DNA of 64,000 nucleotides from Candidatus Latescibacterota bacterium (GTDB lineage: Bacteria; Latescibacterota; UBA2968; UBA8231). Shown here piece by piece: positions 47,404 through 56,281 of this stretch (its first letter is position 1; each line of letters begins with the position of its first letter). The notes under the pieces were generated by a model. That model saw only the letters and a program-made list of their open reading frames with translations, was not told where the DNA came from and ran no database searches. The stretch spans positions 1,568,001 to 1,632,000 of the forward strand of contig OZ242005.1 in NCBI GenBank assembly GCA_965204725.1. Direction: 5' to 3'. Made by a program: the position numbers and the translations under genes.

Positions 47404-49752
47404 CTAGCGGCCCGGTTCGACCATCCACTCAGGCAGCGCGATGCGATAGACGACCACGTCCTCGAGCGGTTTGAAGCAGACGCGGTCCCCTTCCATGTCG
47501 GCTCGGTAGATGTCGGGCTCTTCGTCCTCGGACTTGAAGGCCAACAGGCGCAACCGAGGTAGCTTGCGGTCGGGCCAGTACTGGCCTACGTCGATTACGA
47601 TGTCGGCTTGGCAGCCAAAGGGCACGACGTCAATTTCCCATTTGCGCTCTTTAATGACGACGGCACCGTTGAGCTCCACCGGGCCAAATTGCCCCCGTTG
47701 CCCTCGGGTATCCACGAACAAATAGTCCTCGCAAGCGGCGTAGTCAATGGGACCTGCGCCCGCGTCGGCCGAATAGACCAGCAGCGATGCGTCCTTCCAA
47801 GCGCAAAACGAGCCGGGCGGAAGGTGGTAGGCTCCCTCGCTCCGGTGGACGGTCCAAGGCTGGTCCCAGCCGAGGTTGGCATAGACTTCGAGGCCATTGC
47901 CGTATGTCACCCGCACCTGTCCTTGGACAAACGCGCCGGAAAGCAGCGCGTCGTTGGTCGCCAAAAACTGGTCGTTGTGGTAGTAGTCAATGGAGCGCAC
48001 CGGGACGCGGAGATAGTGCTTTTGCAGTGCGCGCAGCATGTAATAGGCCTTGACCGTAGAAGCGATGCCCCACTCCAGTTGGTCGGGGAGCAGGCAGGCG
48101 TGGCCAAAGGCCGCAGTAGCGGCGAGATAGCGGGCGAGATAGGGGCTGCGGCTGTGTTTCTCGCCTTGGGGGATGTGCCCGGCAAAGTACTGGTCGATAG
48201 TCCCCACACCCGCATCGGTCTCTACGGTATGGAGGTGGTGCAGATCGAAATCTACCAGCGGCGGAATGCGGCTGGGGTTGGTCCCGACCATGCGGGCGAG
48301 GTAGCCGGTCAGGACGCCAGCGTAGAACCAGTGGTTGCCGCCGCTGCCGATGGCCAAGCCGGCTTGCGCTTGGGAGCGGAGGACGCGCTGTTGCAGGGAA
48401 TAGCTGTTTACCAAGTGGCCGGTTGTCGTTGCGTCGCCGCCGAAGTCGTTGAACTCCCAAGGCGGAACCTCGGCGTGTTCGCTTACGTAGAGCGCGTCGC
48501 AGGGGTATTTGGCGGCAATGGTGCGCGCGTGTTCGGGTGCGTGCGCCAGTGCTTCGGACGGCTTGAACAAATACAGCCCCGGGCCGGTCGGGGTTGGGGC
48601 TCCGTTGGCGAGTTGGGCCGCCCATTCGGGCCGCCAGCAGGGGTTGGTCGGGGCGATGTGGCGGTAGCTAACTTGGAGGCTGGTTTTGTAGCCCAAATCG
48701 GACAGGGCTTCGAGGTACTCGCCGAGGGCGTCTTGGCCGCCTTTCGCGGCGGCCCCCTCCACCGCGAGCGTAGCGTTGCCGTCGCCATCGTGCCAAGTCT
48801 CGCTGGGGTGGTTGATCAGCAGGTGATCGACGCCCATCAGCTTGAGCTGGCGCATATTCTCGTATAGCTCGACGTAGCTTTCTTGGGTCGCGTCGATATA
48901 GGGGATGTTGTACCAAGCCCAATCCGCGAGCGTTTCACTTTGCCCGTCCCCGGCCGAGGAAAAAGTCGGGAGAACCTCTTCGTGTTGGGTGGAGACCGTG
49001 ATGAGCCAGTGTTCTTGCAAGTCGCTGCGCTTGCCGCTGCTTGGGCTGGCGTAGGTACAGCCGCCGTTGAGTTGGACTAGGCGCTGAGACTCTGCTTCGG
49101 GCGGGGCGTACAGGCTGGAAGCATGGGAGCCGTGCCAATCGACAAAGCTCGATAAGAAATAGCCGGCCGTGCAGAGGATGCGCGGATAGTGGTCGCCTAA
49201 GTTGAAATAGGGAATGGCGATCAGGCGCGGGTGTAAGGCCCCGGTGACTCGGCCGAGCGAGAGGCCAGTGCCCTTGCCGTGCCCGCCCTCGATTGCCACG
49301 ACGAGGGACTTGCCGCTGATGCGGAACCGATAGAGGAAGTTGGCTTGTTCCTCCCCTAGCTTCCACTGCCAGCGGGCCTCGACGCAATCGCCGACTTGCT
49401 CGCAGGAGATGAGGTGCCGCTCTACTTCCTCGCTATCCGGCGGCCAAACCGATCCGCCCATTTCCACGGCAATCCCGCCGCCTGCGGCCGGTTTGAGCGG
49501 GTTGCCATTGTTGACTTCTAGCTCAATATCGGCGAAGGTTCCATCAATTGGCGTGTAGATGAATTGGACGACGGCCGAGACGGAACGGCTTTCAAATACA
49601 AAGGAAATACCCTCTTTGCGAATGGAGGTTTCGACTTCTTCGTGAAGCGGGGGAAGAATCGAGGGTTGGCTTGGGCTAGCGGATACGGGCTGTTGGGGCT
49701 GTTGGGGCTGTTGCTCGCCCGGAGCCGTCGTCACCCCTGTGAGGTCTGTCAT
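47404..49752 (-). CDS. Large hypothetical protein (782 aa), possible glycoside-hydrolase-like fold
   Basis: Long ORF with host-like codon pattern, Q/P-rich N-terminus, own promoter; fold assignment is inference. Confidence 0.7.
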   Translation of the reverse strand: MTDLTGVTTAPGEQQPQQPQQPVSASPSQPSILPPLHEEVETSIRKEGISFVFESRSVSAVVQFIYTPIDGTFADIELEVNNGNPLKPAAGGGIAVEMGGSVWPPDSEEVERHLISCEQVGDCVEARWQWKLGEEQANFLYRFRISGKSLVVAIEGGHGKGTGLSLGRVTGALHPRLIAIPYFNLGDHYPRILCTAGYFLSSFVDWHGSHASSLYAPPEAESQRLVQLNGGCTYASPSSGKRSDLQEHWLITVSTQHEEVLPTFSSAGDGQSETLADWAWYNIPYIDATQESYVELYENMRQLKLMGVDHLLINHPSETWHDGDGNATLAVEGAAAKGGQDALGEYLEALSDLGYKTSLQVSYRHIAPTNPCWRPEWAAQLANGAPTPTGPGLYLFKPSEALAHAPEHARTIAAKYPCDALYVSEHAEVPPWEFNDFGGDATTTGHLVNSYSLQQRVLRSQAQAGLAIGSGGNHWFYAGVLTGYLARMVGTNPSRIPPLVDFDLHHLHTVETDAGVGTIDQYFAGHIPQGEKHSRSPYLARYLAATAAFGHACLLPDQLEWGIASTVKAYYMLRALQKHYLRVPVRSIDYYHNDQFLATNDALLSGAFVQGQVRVTYGNGLEVYANLGWDQPWTVHRSEGAYHLPPGSFCAWKDASLLVYSADAGAGPIDYAACEDYLFVDTRGQRGQFGPVELNGAVVIKERKWEIDVVPFGCQADIVIDVGQYWPDRKLPRLRLLAFKSEDEEPDIYRADMEGDRVCFKPLEDVVVYRIALPEWMVEPGR

Positions 49753-49797
49753 GGAATGTCCTGACGCAGCGCGTTTTTAATTTTTTCAAAGTAAATC

Positions 49798-49826
49798 AAC
49801 ATAGAGAATAAACGAGGTCATGTCAA
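49798..49826 (-). promoter_or_regulatory. Sigma70-type promoter (divergent pair, leftward)
   Basis: Minus strand TTGACA-17 bp-TATGTT. Confidence 0.6.
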
Positions 49827-49842
49827 GCTGAAGTCCCTCGAT

Positions 49843-49871
49843 TTGACCGGGGAACAAAGCCGTCCTATCTT
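49843..49871 (+). promoter_or_regulatory. Sigma70-type promoter (divergent pair, rightward)
   Basis: TTGACC-17 bp-TATCTT. Confidence 0.6.
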
Positions 49872-49908
49872 GTTGTTTTTATAATAACTTTAGTGATGTG
49901 AAGTCGTC

Positions 49909-51144
49909 TTGAAATCAAGGGATTGCATAGTGGTTGGCGGTGGAGCCGCCGGGATGCTGGCCGCCATTGTCGCGGCCTCGGCAGGCGAGCGGGTGACCCT
50001 GCTCGAAGGCAGCGGAAAATTGGGGCGGAAGATATTGATTTCGGGCAATGGGCGCTGCAACCTGACCAATAGGGCGGCGGACGCCCTCAAGCACTACCAC
50101 GGCACACACCCGCGCTTTGTCCGCAGTGCGCTAGACCAATTCCGCTTAGAAGAGACCTTGGCGTTTTTTGCCGATCTGGGGATCGAGTTCCGCGAAGAAA
50201 AACGGCAGCGGCTCTTTCCGGTGTCGGATCAAGCGCAGGCGGTCGTCGATTTGCTTGCGGACCGCATGCGCTGCCTAGACGTCCGCATCGAAACCGAGGC
50301 CAAGGTGGTCCGCATGCGCTGTGCCCCCGGCGCGCCTCGCTTTGAATTGCGCGACGCCGAGGGGCGGTCCTATACAGCCGCGCGCGTGATATTGGCCAGC
50401 GGCGGCGTCAGCTTGGCCCGCTTGGGGGCGGACCGCTCGGGCTTGGGCTTGGCCGTGGCTATGGGGCACCGGCTCACCGAGCTCAAGCCCGGGTTGGTGC
50501 CGCTAATAAGCCCGGAAAAATACGTCGCTCGCATGCAGGGGCTCAAGGTTCGGGCCGAAGTGCGCGTCGCGCTCAAAGGAGGGGGCGAGGCCGTTGATAC
50601 AGACGACTTGCTCTTTACAAAATACGGGGTCTCTGGTTTTACCATATTAAATCTCAGTGCTCGCTTGGTGCCCGAGTTGGGGGCACAGCCCGCCGTGCTC
50701 CGGGTCAATTTCTTCCCCGGCCGCAGTCCAGAGGCGATCAGCCAATTGCTCAAAGCGCGCTGGCAGCGCCATCCCCATCGCTCGCTCGACCTGAGTTTTG
50801 CCGGCCTGCTTTCTAGCAAATTGGTGCGGCCCCTCTTGGCCCATCTGGGGATTGACGCGGCGCAGCGGGTGGATCGGCTCGGCAAGGGGGTGCGCTGGCA
50901 GCTTGCCCAGCGCCTGACGAGTTGGCCGATCGCGGTCAGCGGCCCGCGCCCTTTTGACTACGCCGAAGTGACGATCGGGGGTGTGCGAACCGAGGACATC
51001 AATCCCGATACGCTCGAATCCTTTTTAGTGCCCGGTCTGTACTTTGCCGGCGAGATGGTTGACGTTCACGCCGACTTGGGGGGATTTAACTTCCAATGGG
51101 CTTGGGCCAGCGGCGTTCTCGCCGGTCGTCGGCTGGGGTCGTGA
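49909..51144 (+). CDS. HI0933/YhiN-family FAD-dependent oxidoreductase
   Basis: VGGGAAG, GRKILISGNGRCNLTN, LLFTKYGVSG, VTIGGV, GLYFAGE, GGFNFQWAWASG. Confidence 0.92.
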   Translation: MKSRDCIVVGGGAAGMLAAIVAASAGERVTLLEGSGKLGRKILISGNGRCNLTNRAADALKHYHGTHPRFVRSALDQFRLEETLAFFADLGIEFREEKRQRLFPVSDQAQAVVDLLADRMRCLDVRIETEAKVVRMRCAPGAPRFELRDAEGRSYTAARVILASGGVSLARLGADRSGLGLAVAMGHRLTELKPGLVPLISPEKYVARMQGLKVRAEVRVALKGGGEAVDTDDLLFTKYGVSGFTILNLSARLVPELGAQPAVLRVNFFPGRSPEAISQLLKARWQRHPHRSLDLSFAGLLSSKLVRPLLAHLGIDAAQRVDRLGKGVRWQLAQRLTSWPIAVSGPRPFDYAEVTIGGVRTEDINPDTLESFLVPGLYFAGEMVDVHADLGGFNFQWAWASGVLAGRRLGS

Positions 51145-51174
51145 GCACTGGCGCGATTCGCCGGTGAATGTAGA

Positions 51175-51789
51175 TTGAGACAGATGCGAGACGATGGAAC
51201 GGGCCGGGTGGCCGGCATCATTTTGGCGGCGGGCATGTCCACCCGCATGGGGCCGCTCAAGCAGTTGTTGCCCTTGGGGGGCCGGGCGACCATTGAATGG
51301 ATTGCCGCGGCGGTGGGGCAGCGGATCAATGAGGTGGTGGTCGTACTCGGCCACCGCGCTGAGGAGGTGGCCCCGGTCTTGGCTGCTCATCCGGTCCGGT
51401 GGGTCGTCAATGCCGATTATCAAACGGGCATGCTCTCTTCGGTGCAGTGCGGGGTGCGGGCGGTGAATAGAGCGGCCGATTACTTGATTTGCCTCGGCGA
51501 TCAACCGCGGCTGAGCAAAGCCGTAGTAGAGCAGGTTTTGCAGCGGAGAAACCAGCGCGACGCCGGGATCATCATACCGACTACCAACGGAAAAAGGGGG
51601 CACCCGGTCTTGATCAACAACGCCTATCGGGCAGAAATTTTGGCCTTGCCGCCGGGCGTGGGGTTGAACGCGGTGACCCGGGGCCATCCCGAGGACACGT
51701 GCGAGCTGCCGGTGGCCGAGCCCGCCATCCTAACCGACATGGACACGCCCGCAGACTACCAGCGCGAGCTAAACCACTGGCCGGAGTAA
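51175..51789 (+). CDS. mocA: Molybdenum cofactor cytidylyltransferase-like nucleotidyltransferase
   Basis: IILAAGMSTRMG..KQLL, GMLSS, LGDQP, GHPVL, DMDTPADY; start may be 51184. Confidence 0.8.
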   Translation: MRQMRDDGTGRVAGIILAAGMSTRMGPLKQLLPLGGRATIEWIAAAVGQRINEVVVVLGHRAEEVAPVLAAHPVRWVVNADYQTGMLSSVQCGVRAVNRAADYLICLGDQPRLSKAVVEQVLQRRNQRDAGIIIPTTNGKRGHPVLINNAYRAEILALPPGVGLNAVTRGHPEDTCELPVAEPAILTDMDTPADYQRELNHWPE

Positions 51790-51799
51790 CCGGAGTACT

Positions 51800-52882
51800 A
51801 TGGACGACATCCTCAGCGAAATTGTCCGGCGCAAGGAGCAGGGCGAGCGCATGGCGTTGGCCTCGCTCGTGTGGAGCACCGGCTCGATTCCCATGAGCGA
51901 GCGGGCCAAAATGATCGTCGCCGAGCAAGGAGACGTGGTCGGGACGATAGGCGGCGGGTGCCTCGAAGCCGAGGTCTTGAGCGCGGGCCGCATCGCGCTA
52001 GAGACCGGAGAGAACCAGCTTTCGCGCTACACCATGACGGAAAAACAAGCCGGGGAGAGCGGCTTAAACTGCGGCGGCAGCGTGCGGATTTACACCGAAG
52101 TTATCGAGCCGGACGAGGCGGCCGACTTCTATGGCCGAGTGCTAGCGGCGCGTCAGGCGCGTCGCGGTTGCGCGCTGGCCACGCTGCTCAAACGCCGGTT
52201 TGACTCGACCGGGGCGGGGCGGCTGTGGCTAGGGGCCGACGGCAGCACCTGCGGTTCGCTGGGCACACCCGAAGCCGATCGCGCGGTGGAGGAGCGCTTG
52301 CCCAACGTGCTCGTGCGCGAGCGCGGCCTTGTTTGCGAGTTGGGCGAGGGCGCGGAAGTATTCATTGAGCCGTTCTTGCCCGAACCTGTGCTCTACGTCT
52401 TTGGCGGCGGCCATGTAGGCGGGCAGATTTGCGCGTTGGCCAAGAACGTGGGCTTCCGCGTCGTCCTCATTGACGACCGCCCGGCGTTTGCCAATTCCGA
52501 CCGCCATCCGCTGGCCGATGAGTGTTTGGTTGCCGGCATGGCGGAGGTATTTGCCGACTTGCCCATTGACGCTCAGTCCTACATCATCGCGGCCACGCGC
52601 GGCCACCAGCACGACGAAGTAGTAGTCGAAGCGGCGATTGAGACGCCGGCGCGCTACATCGGCATGCTGGGCAGCGAGCGCAAGAAGCTCATTTTGTGGC
52701 GGCGGATCGCCGCGCGCGGCGGCAACCCCCAGCGCTTGGACGCTGTCTTCGCGCCGATTGGGGTGAACATCGGGGCGGATACCCCCGCCGAGATCGCGGT
52801 CAGCGTCGTGGCCGAGCTAATTGAGCAGCGGCGCGGAACGCCCAAAGTGTGGAAGACGAAGAGAACAACTTATGAGGAATGA
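51800..52882 (+). CDS. xdhC: XdhC/CoxI-family molybdoenzyme maturation factor
   Basis: GTIGGGCLE, CGG, FGGGHVG, TRGHQHD, YIGMLGS, APIG..IGADTPAEIAVS. Confidence 0.9.
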   Translation: MDDILSEIVRRKEQGERMALASLVWSTGSIPMSERAKMIVAEQGDVVGTIGGGCLEAEVLSAGRIALETGENQLSRYTMTEKQAGESGLNCGGSVRIYTEVIEPDEAADFYGRVLAARQARRGCALATLLKRRFDSTGAGRLWLGADGSTCGSLGTPEADRAVEERLPNVLVRERGLVCELGEGAEVFIEPFLPEPVLYVFGGGHVGGQICALAKNVGFRVVLIDDRPAFANSDRHPLADECLVAGMAEVFADLPIDAQSYIIAATRGHQHDEVVVEAAIETPARYIGMLGSERKKLILWRRIAARGGNPQRLDAVFAPIGVNIGADTPAEIAVSVVAELIEQRRGTPKVWKTKRTTYEE

Positions 52883-53888
52883 ATTGCGCTATGGGGTGGC
52901 CGCCTGTCAGGTGGCCCAACCCAATCCCACCGACCGCGCTGAAATGGCCCGCAACACCGCTCGCATGGTCGAAATGGTCGATATGGCCGTTGAGGGCTAT
53001 GGGCCGTTTATGGACGTCAAGTTGCTGGCCTTTCCCGAATTTGGCCACGCCGCGCCGATTTATCCCACCGCCAAGAGCTTGCTGGCCAAGCTGACCGTTC
53101 CCATTCCCAACGAGCACACGGACCGCTTGGCGGACAAAGCCCGCGAATTGGGCGTGTACATCCAAACGGCTACTTTTCTCGAAGAGGACCCGCAATGGCC
53201 GGGCAAGGTGTTCAACACGACCTGCCTGCTCGGGCCGGAAGGGCTGTGGTACAAGTACCGCAAGGTCAACCCTTGGATCCCTTGGGAAGTCCACGCCAGC
53301 CCCCACGACTTGGCCGACTACGACGACGAGTTGTTCCCGGTGGCCCAGACGCCCATTGGCTGCATTGGCGCGGCCATCTGCTACGACTGGCTCTTCCCCG
53401 AGCCGCTACGCCAGCTCGCGGCCCACGGCGCCGAAATCCTCGTCCGCGTCTCGGCCTATATGGACCCTTGGGGGGCGACGCCGCCCATGGATTGGTGGAC
53501 GACGGTCAATCGCTGTCGGGCGCTGGAAAATACCGCGTATGTGCTCGCTGCCAACCAAGGGGCCGAGTTGGGGCACTATCCTCCCTTTTCTTGGCCGGGC
53601 GGCTCAATGGTCGTCGATTTCGATGGCCGCATCCTCGCCCAAGCCGATCCGGGACCAGGAGAAAAAATCGTCGTTTCCGAAGTCGATATTGGGACCTTGC
53701 GGCACATCCGCAAGCGCCGCGCCGGCCACCACACCTTGGCCCACCTGCGCAGCGAGGCGTACCCTATGTACAAACAGCCGTACTATCCGCAGGGCAGTTT
53801 GTCGGCAGCGGACAATCACACCGTCGCCATGAATGAAGAGCGCATCGCCGCGGTTAAGCAGCGGATAAGGGTCGTTAAGGAAGGATAG
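52872..53888 (+). CDS. Nitrilase-superfamily carbon-nitrogen hydrolase (amidase-like)
   Basis: Catalytic triad FPE, YRK, ICYD; RALEN. Confidence 0.9.
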   Translation: MRNELRYGVAACQVAQPNPTDRAEMARNTARMVEMVDMAVEGYGPFMDVKLLAFPEFGHAAPIYPTAKSLLAKLTVPIPNEHTDRLADKARELGVYIQTATFLEEDPQWPGKVFNTTCLLGPEGLWYKYRKVNPWIPWEVHASPHDLADYDDELFPVAQTPIGCIGAAICYDWLFPEPLRQLAAHGAEILVRVSAYMDPWGATPPMDWWTTVNRCRALENTAYVLAANQGAELGHYPPFSWPGGSMVVDFDGRILAQADPGPGEKIVVSEVDIGTLRHIRKRRAGHHTLAHLRSEAYPMYKQPYYPQGSLSAADNHTVAMNEERIAAVKQRIRVVKEG

Positions 53889-53898
53889 ACCGGCCGCC

Positions 53899-54615
53899 GT
53901 GAAGTGCTATGGCGACCGACAGATTCGTCGCACCCTGAGCAAGTACGACACTCGGCAGGTGAGCTGCACTTTGGCAACCGGCTGCGAGTTGCAGATGACG
54001 GCCGTCGGCGATGTAGATGCTTTGGTGGATCGCATGATCGAGCGCGAGGGGCGGCTCCAGCGGGTGGATCGCTTTCCCTATTGGGCCGAGTTGTGGCCGA
54101 CGGCGTGGGCTATGGCCCAGTGGTTTTGCCGCGCCGAGGAGCCGATTCCCAAAGGTTGGACCGGCGAATTAGGTTGCGGTTTGGGGTTGGTCGGCATTGC
54201 CTTGGCCAAGTTAGGTTGGCGCGTCGAAGCGACTGACTTCGTGGAGGATGCGCTCATTTTCGCCGCCCACAATGCCCGGATCAACCGGGTCGGGCACAAC
54301 CATCGGGTGGCCTATTTGGACTGGCGAAATCCCGTGGGGGAGCCGCACGAGTGCTTGGTGGGGTCGGACATTATCTACGAGAAGAAGAACCACCGCTATC
54401 TAGAGCGCGTCCTGCACGAGTTGCTGCTGCCCGGCGGCCGATTTTATCTGGGGGATCCGCAGCGGAAGGACGCCGCTGCCTTCGTCGCCCGGCTCGTCGC
54501 CCAAGGCTATAGTCAGCGGCGAGAAACGTGCGTTGAGACGTGGAATTCGGTCGAGTACCAAGTCACTATCTACGTATTTACCAAGCCTCAAGCCGACAGC
54601 AGGGCGCGTAGGTGA
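53899..54615 (+). CDS. SAM-dependent methyltransferase (METTL21/Methyltransf_16-like)
   Basis: PYWAELWP, ELGCGLGL motif I, ATD, LDW, GSDIIY. Confidence 0.85.
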   Translation: MKCYGDRQIRRTLSKYDTRQVSCTLATGCELQMTAVGDVDALVDRMIEREGRLQRVDRFPYWAELWPTAWAMAQWFCRAEEPIPKGWTGELGCGLGLVGIALAKLGWRVEATDFVEDALIFAAHNARINRVGHNHRVAYLDWRNPVGEPHECLVGSDIIYEKKNHRYLERVLHELLLPGGRFYLGDPQRKDAAAFVARLVAQGYSQRRETCVETWNSVEYQVTIYVFTKPQADSRARR

Positions 54616-55532
54616 GCCGCCGCAGAAGCCGCGGTCGCCTCCAAGTCGTAGCCGCCCTCTAGCAGGGAGACGAGGCGGCCCTCGCAGTGGCGGGTGGCGA
54701 GTTGGAGCACCAGCTTGGTTAGCTCGCCATAGCCCTCTGCACTGAGCAGGATTTGCCCGAGGGGATCGTTGCGATGGGCGTCAAAACCGGCCGACAGGAG
54801 GATGAAATCGGGTTGGAACTGGTCTATGGCTGGAATGATGGTGTCGGTAAAGTGGCGGATGTAATCGGCATCCGTGCTGCCAGCCGGGACGGGGATATTC
54901 AAGGTTTGGCCGCGGCCCGCTCCCTGCCCGCGCTCGTCGGCCGCACCCGTGCCCGGATAGAGGGGCGATTGGTGGATGCTGCAAAAAAACACCGAGCCGT
55001 CGGCCTCAAAGATGTGCTGCGTGCCATTGCCGTGATGGACGTCCCAGTCGATGATCGCCACTTTGTCGCAGCCGCATTCGGCCCGCAGATAGTGAGCGGC
55101 GACCGCCGCGTTGTTGAAGAAGCAAAAGCCCATGATTTGCTCGACTTCGGCGTGATGGCCTGGGGGGCGCATGCAGCAGAAGGCATGGTCGGCGCGGTCC
55201 GCGAGCAGGGCGTCGATGGCGGTCAAGGGAGCACCCGCCGCGAGCAGGGCAGCGCGGTGTGTGCTGGAAGAGCCGGCGGTGTCTTGGCATACATAGGTGG
55301 GCCGCTCGACTTGGGCGAGGGCTGCTACTCGGTCTAAGTGGGCGGGTGAGTGGGCTCTGAGCAAGGCGCGACGCGGTGCCAACTGCGGCTGTAGGTGCAA
55401 AACCTCGTCCCAAAGCAACTGGTCTTTTAGGTGTTGGACCATGGATTCCAACCGCGCGCGGTGCTCTGGGTGACCCGCGCCCGTGTCGTGCAACAAGGCG
55501 TCCGGGTGGTAGATCAAGGCCGTCCTAGCCAC
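54588..55532 (-). CDS. Histone-deacetylase-family protein
   Basis: GHPE, RPPGHHA, GFCFFNN, DWDVHHGNGTQ, SAGFDAH..DPL, LEGGY. Confidence 0.95.
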   Translation of the reverse strand: MARTALIYHPDALLHDTGAGHPEHRARLESMVQHLKDQLLWDEVLHLQPQLAPRRALLRAHSPAHLDRVAALAQVERPTYVCQDTAGSSSTHRAALLAAGAPLTAIDALLADRADHAFCCMRPPGHHAEVEQIMGFCFFNNAAVAAHYLRAECGCDKVAIIDWDVHHGNGTQHIFEADGSVFFCSIHQSPLYPGTGAADERGQGAGRGQTLNIPVPAGSTDADYIRHFTDTIIPAIDQFQPDFILLSAGFDAHRNDPLGQILLSAEGYGELTKLVLQLATRHCEGRLVSLLEGGYDLEATAASAAAHLRALLSA

Positions 55533-55986
55533 AGCTTATCACTTCTCCTGCGTCTATGGATGCAATGGCGCGGCGTCCGAGGATGCGGATGTCCTCGGCG
55601 ATGGCCGCATTGCCCAAGGCGGCGTGGTCGCACCAGCGCAGTTGGGTGGATTCGCGGGGATTGATGCGGGCGTGTCCGCTTACTACGCGGCTAAAGTAAA
55701 TCAGGTCTATGTGCTGGTGGCCCGGTTCAATATCCTCTAGGAGGATACACGCGGGGCGGTGCAGGACGGCGACCTGCCCCCACTGCTTTGGCTGGCCCAA
55801 CAACTCAACGGTCAGCCCGGTTTCTTCGCGCACTTCGCGGAGGGCGGCTTCTTCGGGCAGTTCGCCCGGGTCGATGTGGCCGCCCGGGGGTAGCCAAGCC
55901 TGCATTTTCTTGTGCCACAACAACAGGGTCGTGCCCTCGTGGACGACAAAGGTCGTCGCCGTAAAGTCGCGGGTAATGGCCGCCAA
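55525..55986 (-). CDS. NUDIX hydrolase
   Basis: PGGHIDPGELPEEAALREVREETGL Nudix box; HQHIDL; TTG start inferred. Confidence 0.9.
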   Translation of the reverse strand: MAAITRDFTATTFVVHEGTTLLLWHKKMQAWLPPGGHIDPGELPEEAALREVREETGLTVELLGQPKQWGQVAVLHRPACILLEDIEPGHQHIDLIYFSRVVSGHARINPRESTQLRWCDHAALGNAAIAEDIRILGRRAIASIDAGEVISCG

Positions 55987-56111
55987 GGTCCGCTCGTAGT
56001 ATGTGTGATGGAGGAGGAAGCGAGAAAAGGTCAATATAGCCGGTCGCTTGGTGAAACGAAAGCCTGCGACCGCCGCGCTGCATTGACCAAGTTTTCTCGC
56101 CAACTATTTTA

Positions 56112-56242
56112 CAAGCTGTCTGAAAATTCTGGTGGTCGCCCCTTGCGTCTAAACGATCCCGGCTGGATTCCCGCCCCGTGTCGGGGCACGGGGTGACGTT
56201 CTTTCACGGGAATGACGGAGGCGGGGGTTTTCAGACCGCTTC
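56112..56242. mobile_element. Putative MITE (131 bp)
   Basis: Terminal inverted repeats AAGCTGTCTGAAAA / TTTTCAGACCGCTT (13/14), TTA on both flanks, internal palindromic repeat. Confidence 0.6.
56163..56217. repeat. REP-like palindromic repeat family B, copy 1
   Basis: CTGGATTCCCGCCCCGTGTCGGGGCACGGGGTGACGTTCTTTCACGGGAATGACG; near-identical to 59647-59701. Confidence 0.85.
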
Positions 56243-56281
56243 TTACAAACATCCTTTTAGACTGATTAGACTGAGAGAGAT

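Noticed and set aside
49689-49714. CTGTTGGGG 9-bp tandem repeat
   Set aside because: In-frame QQP low-complexity coding repeat with no phase-variation potential.
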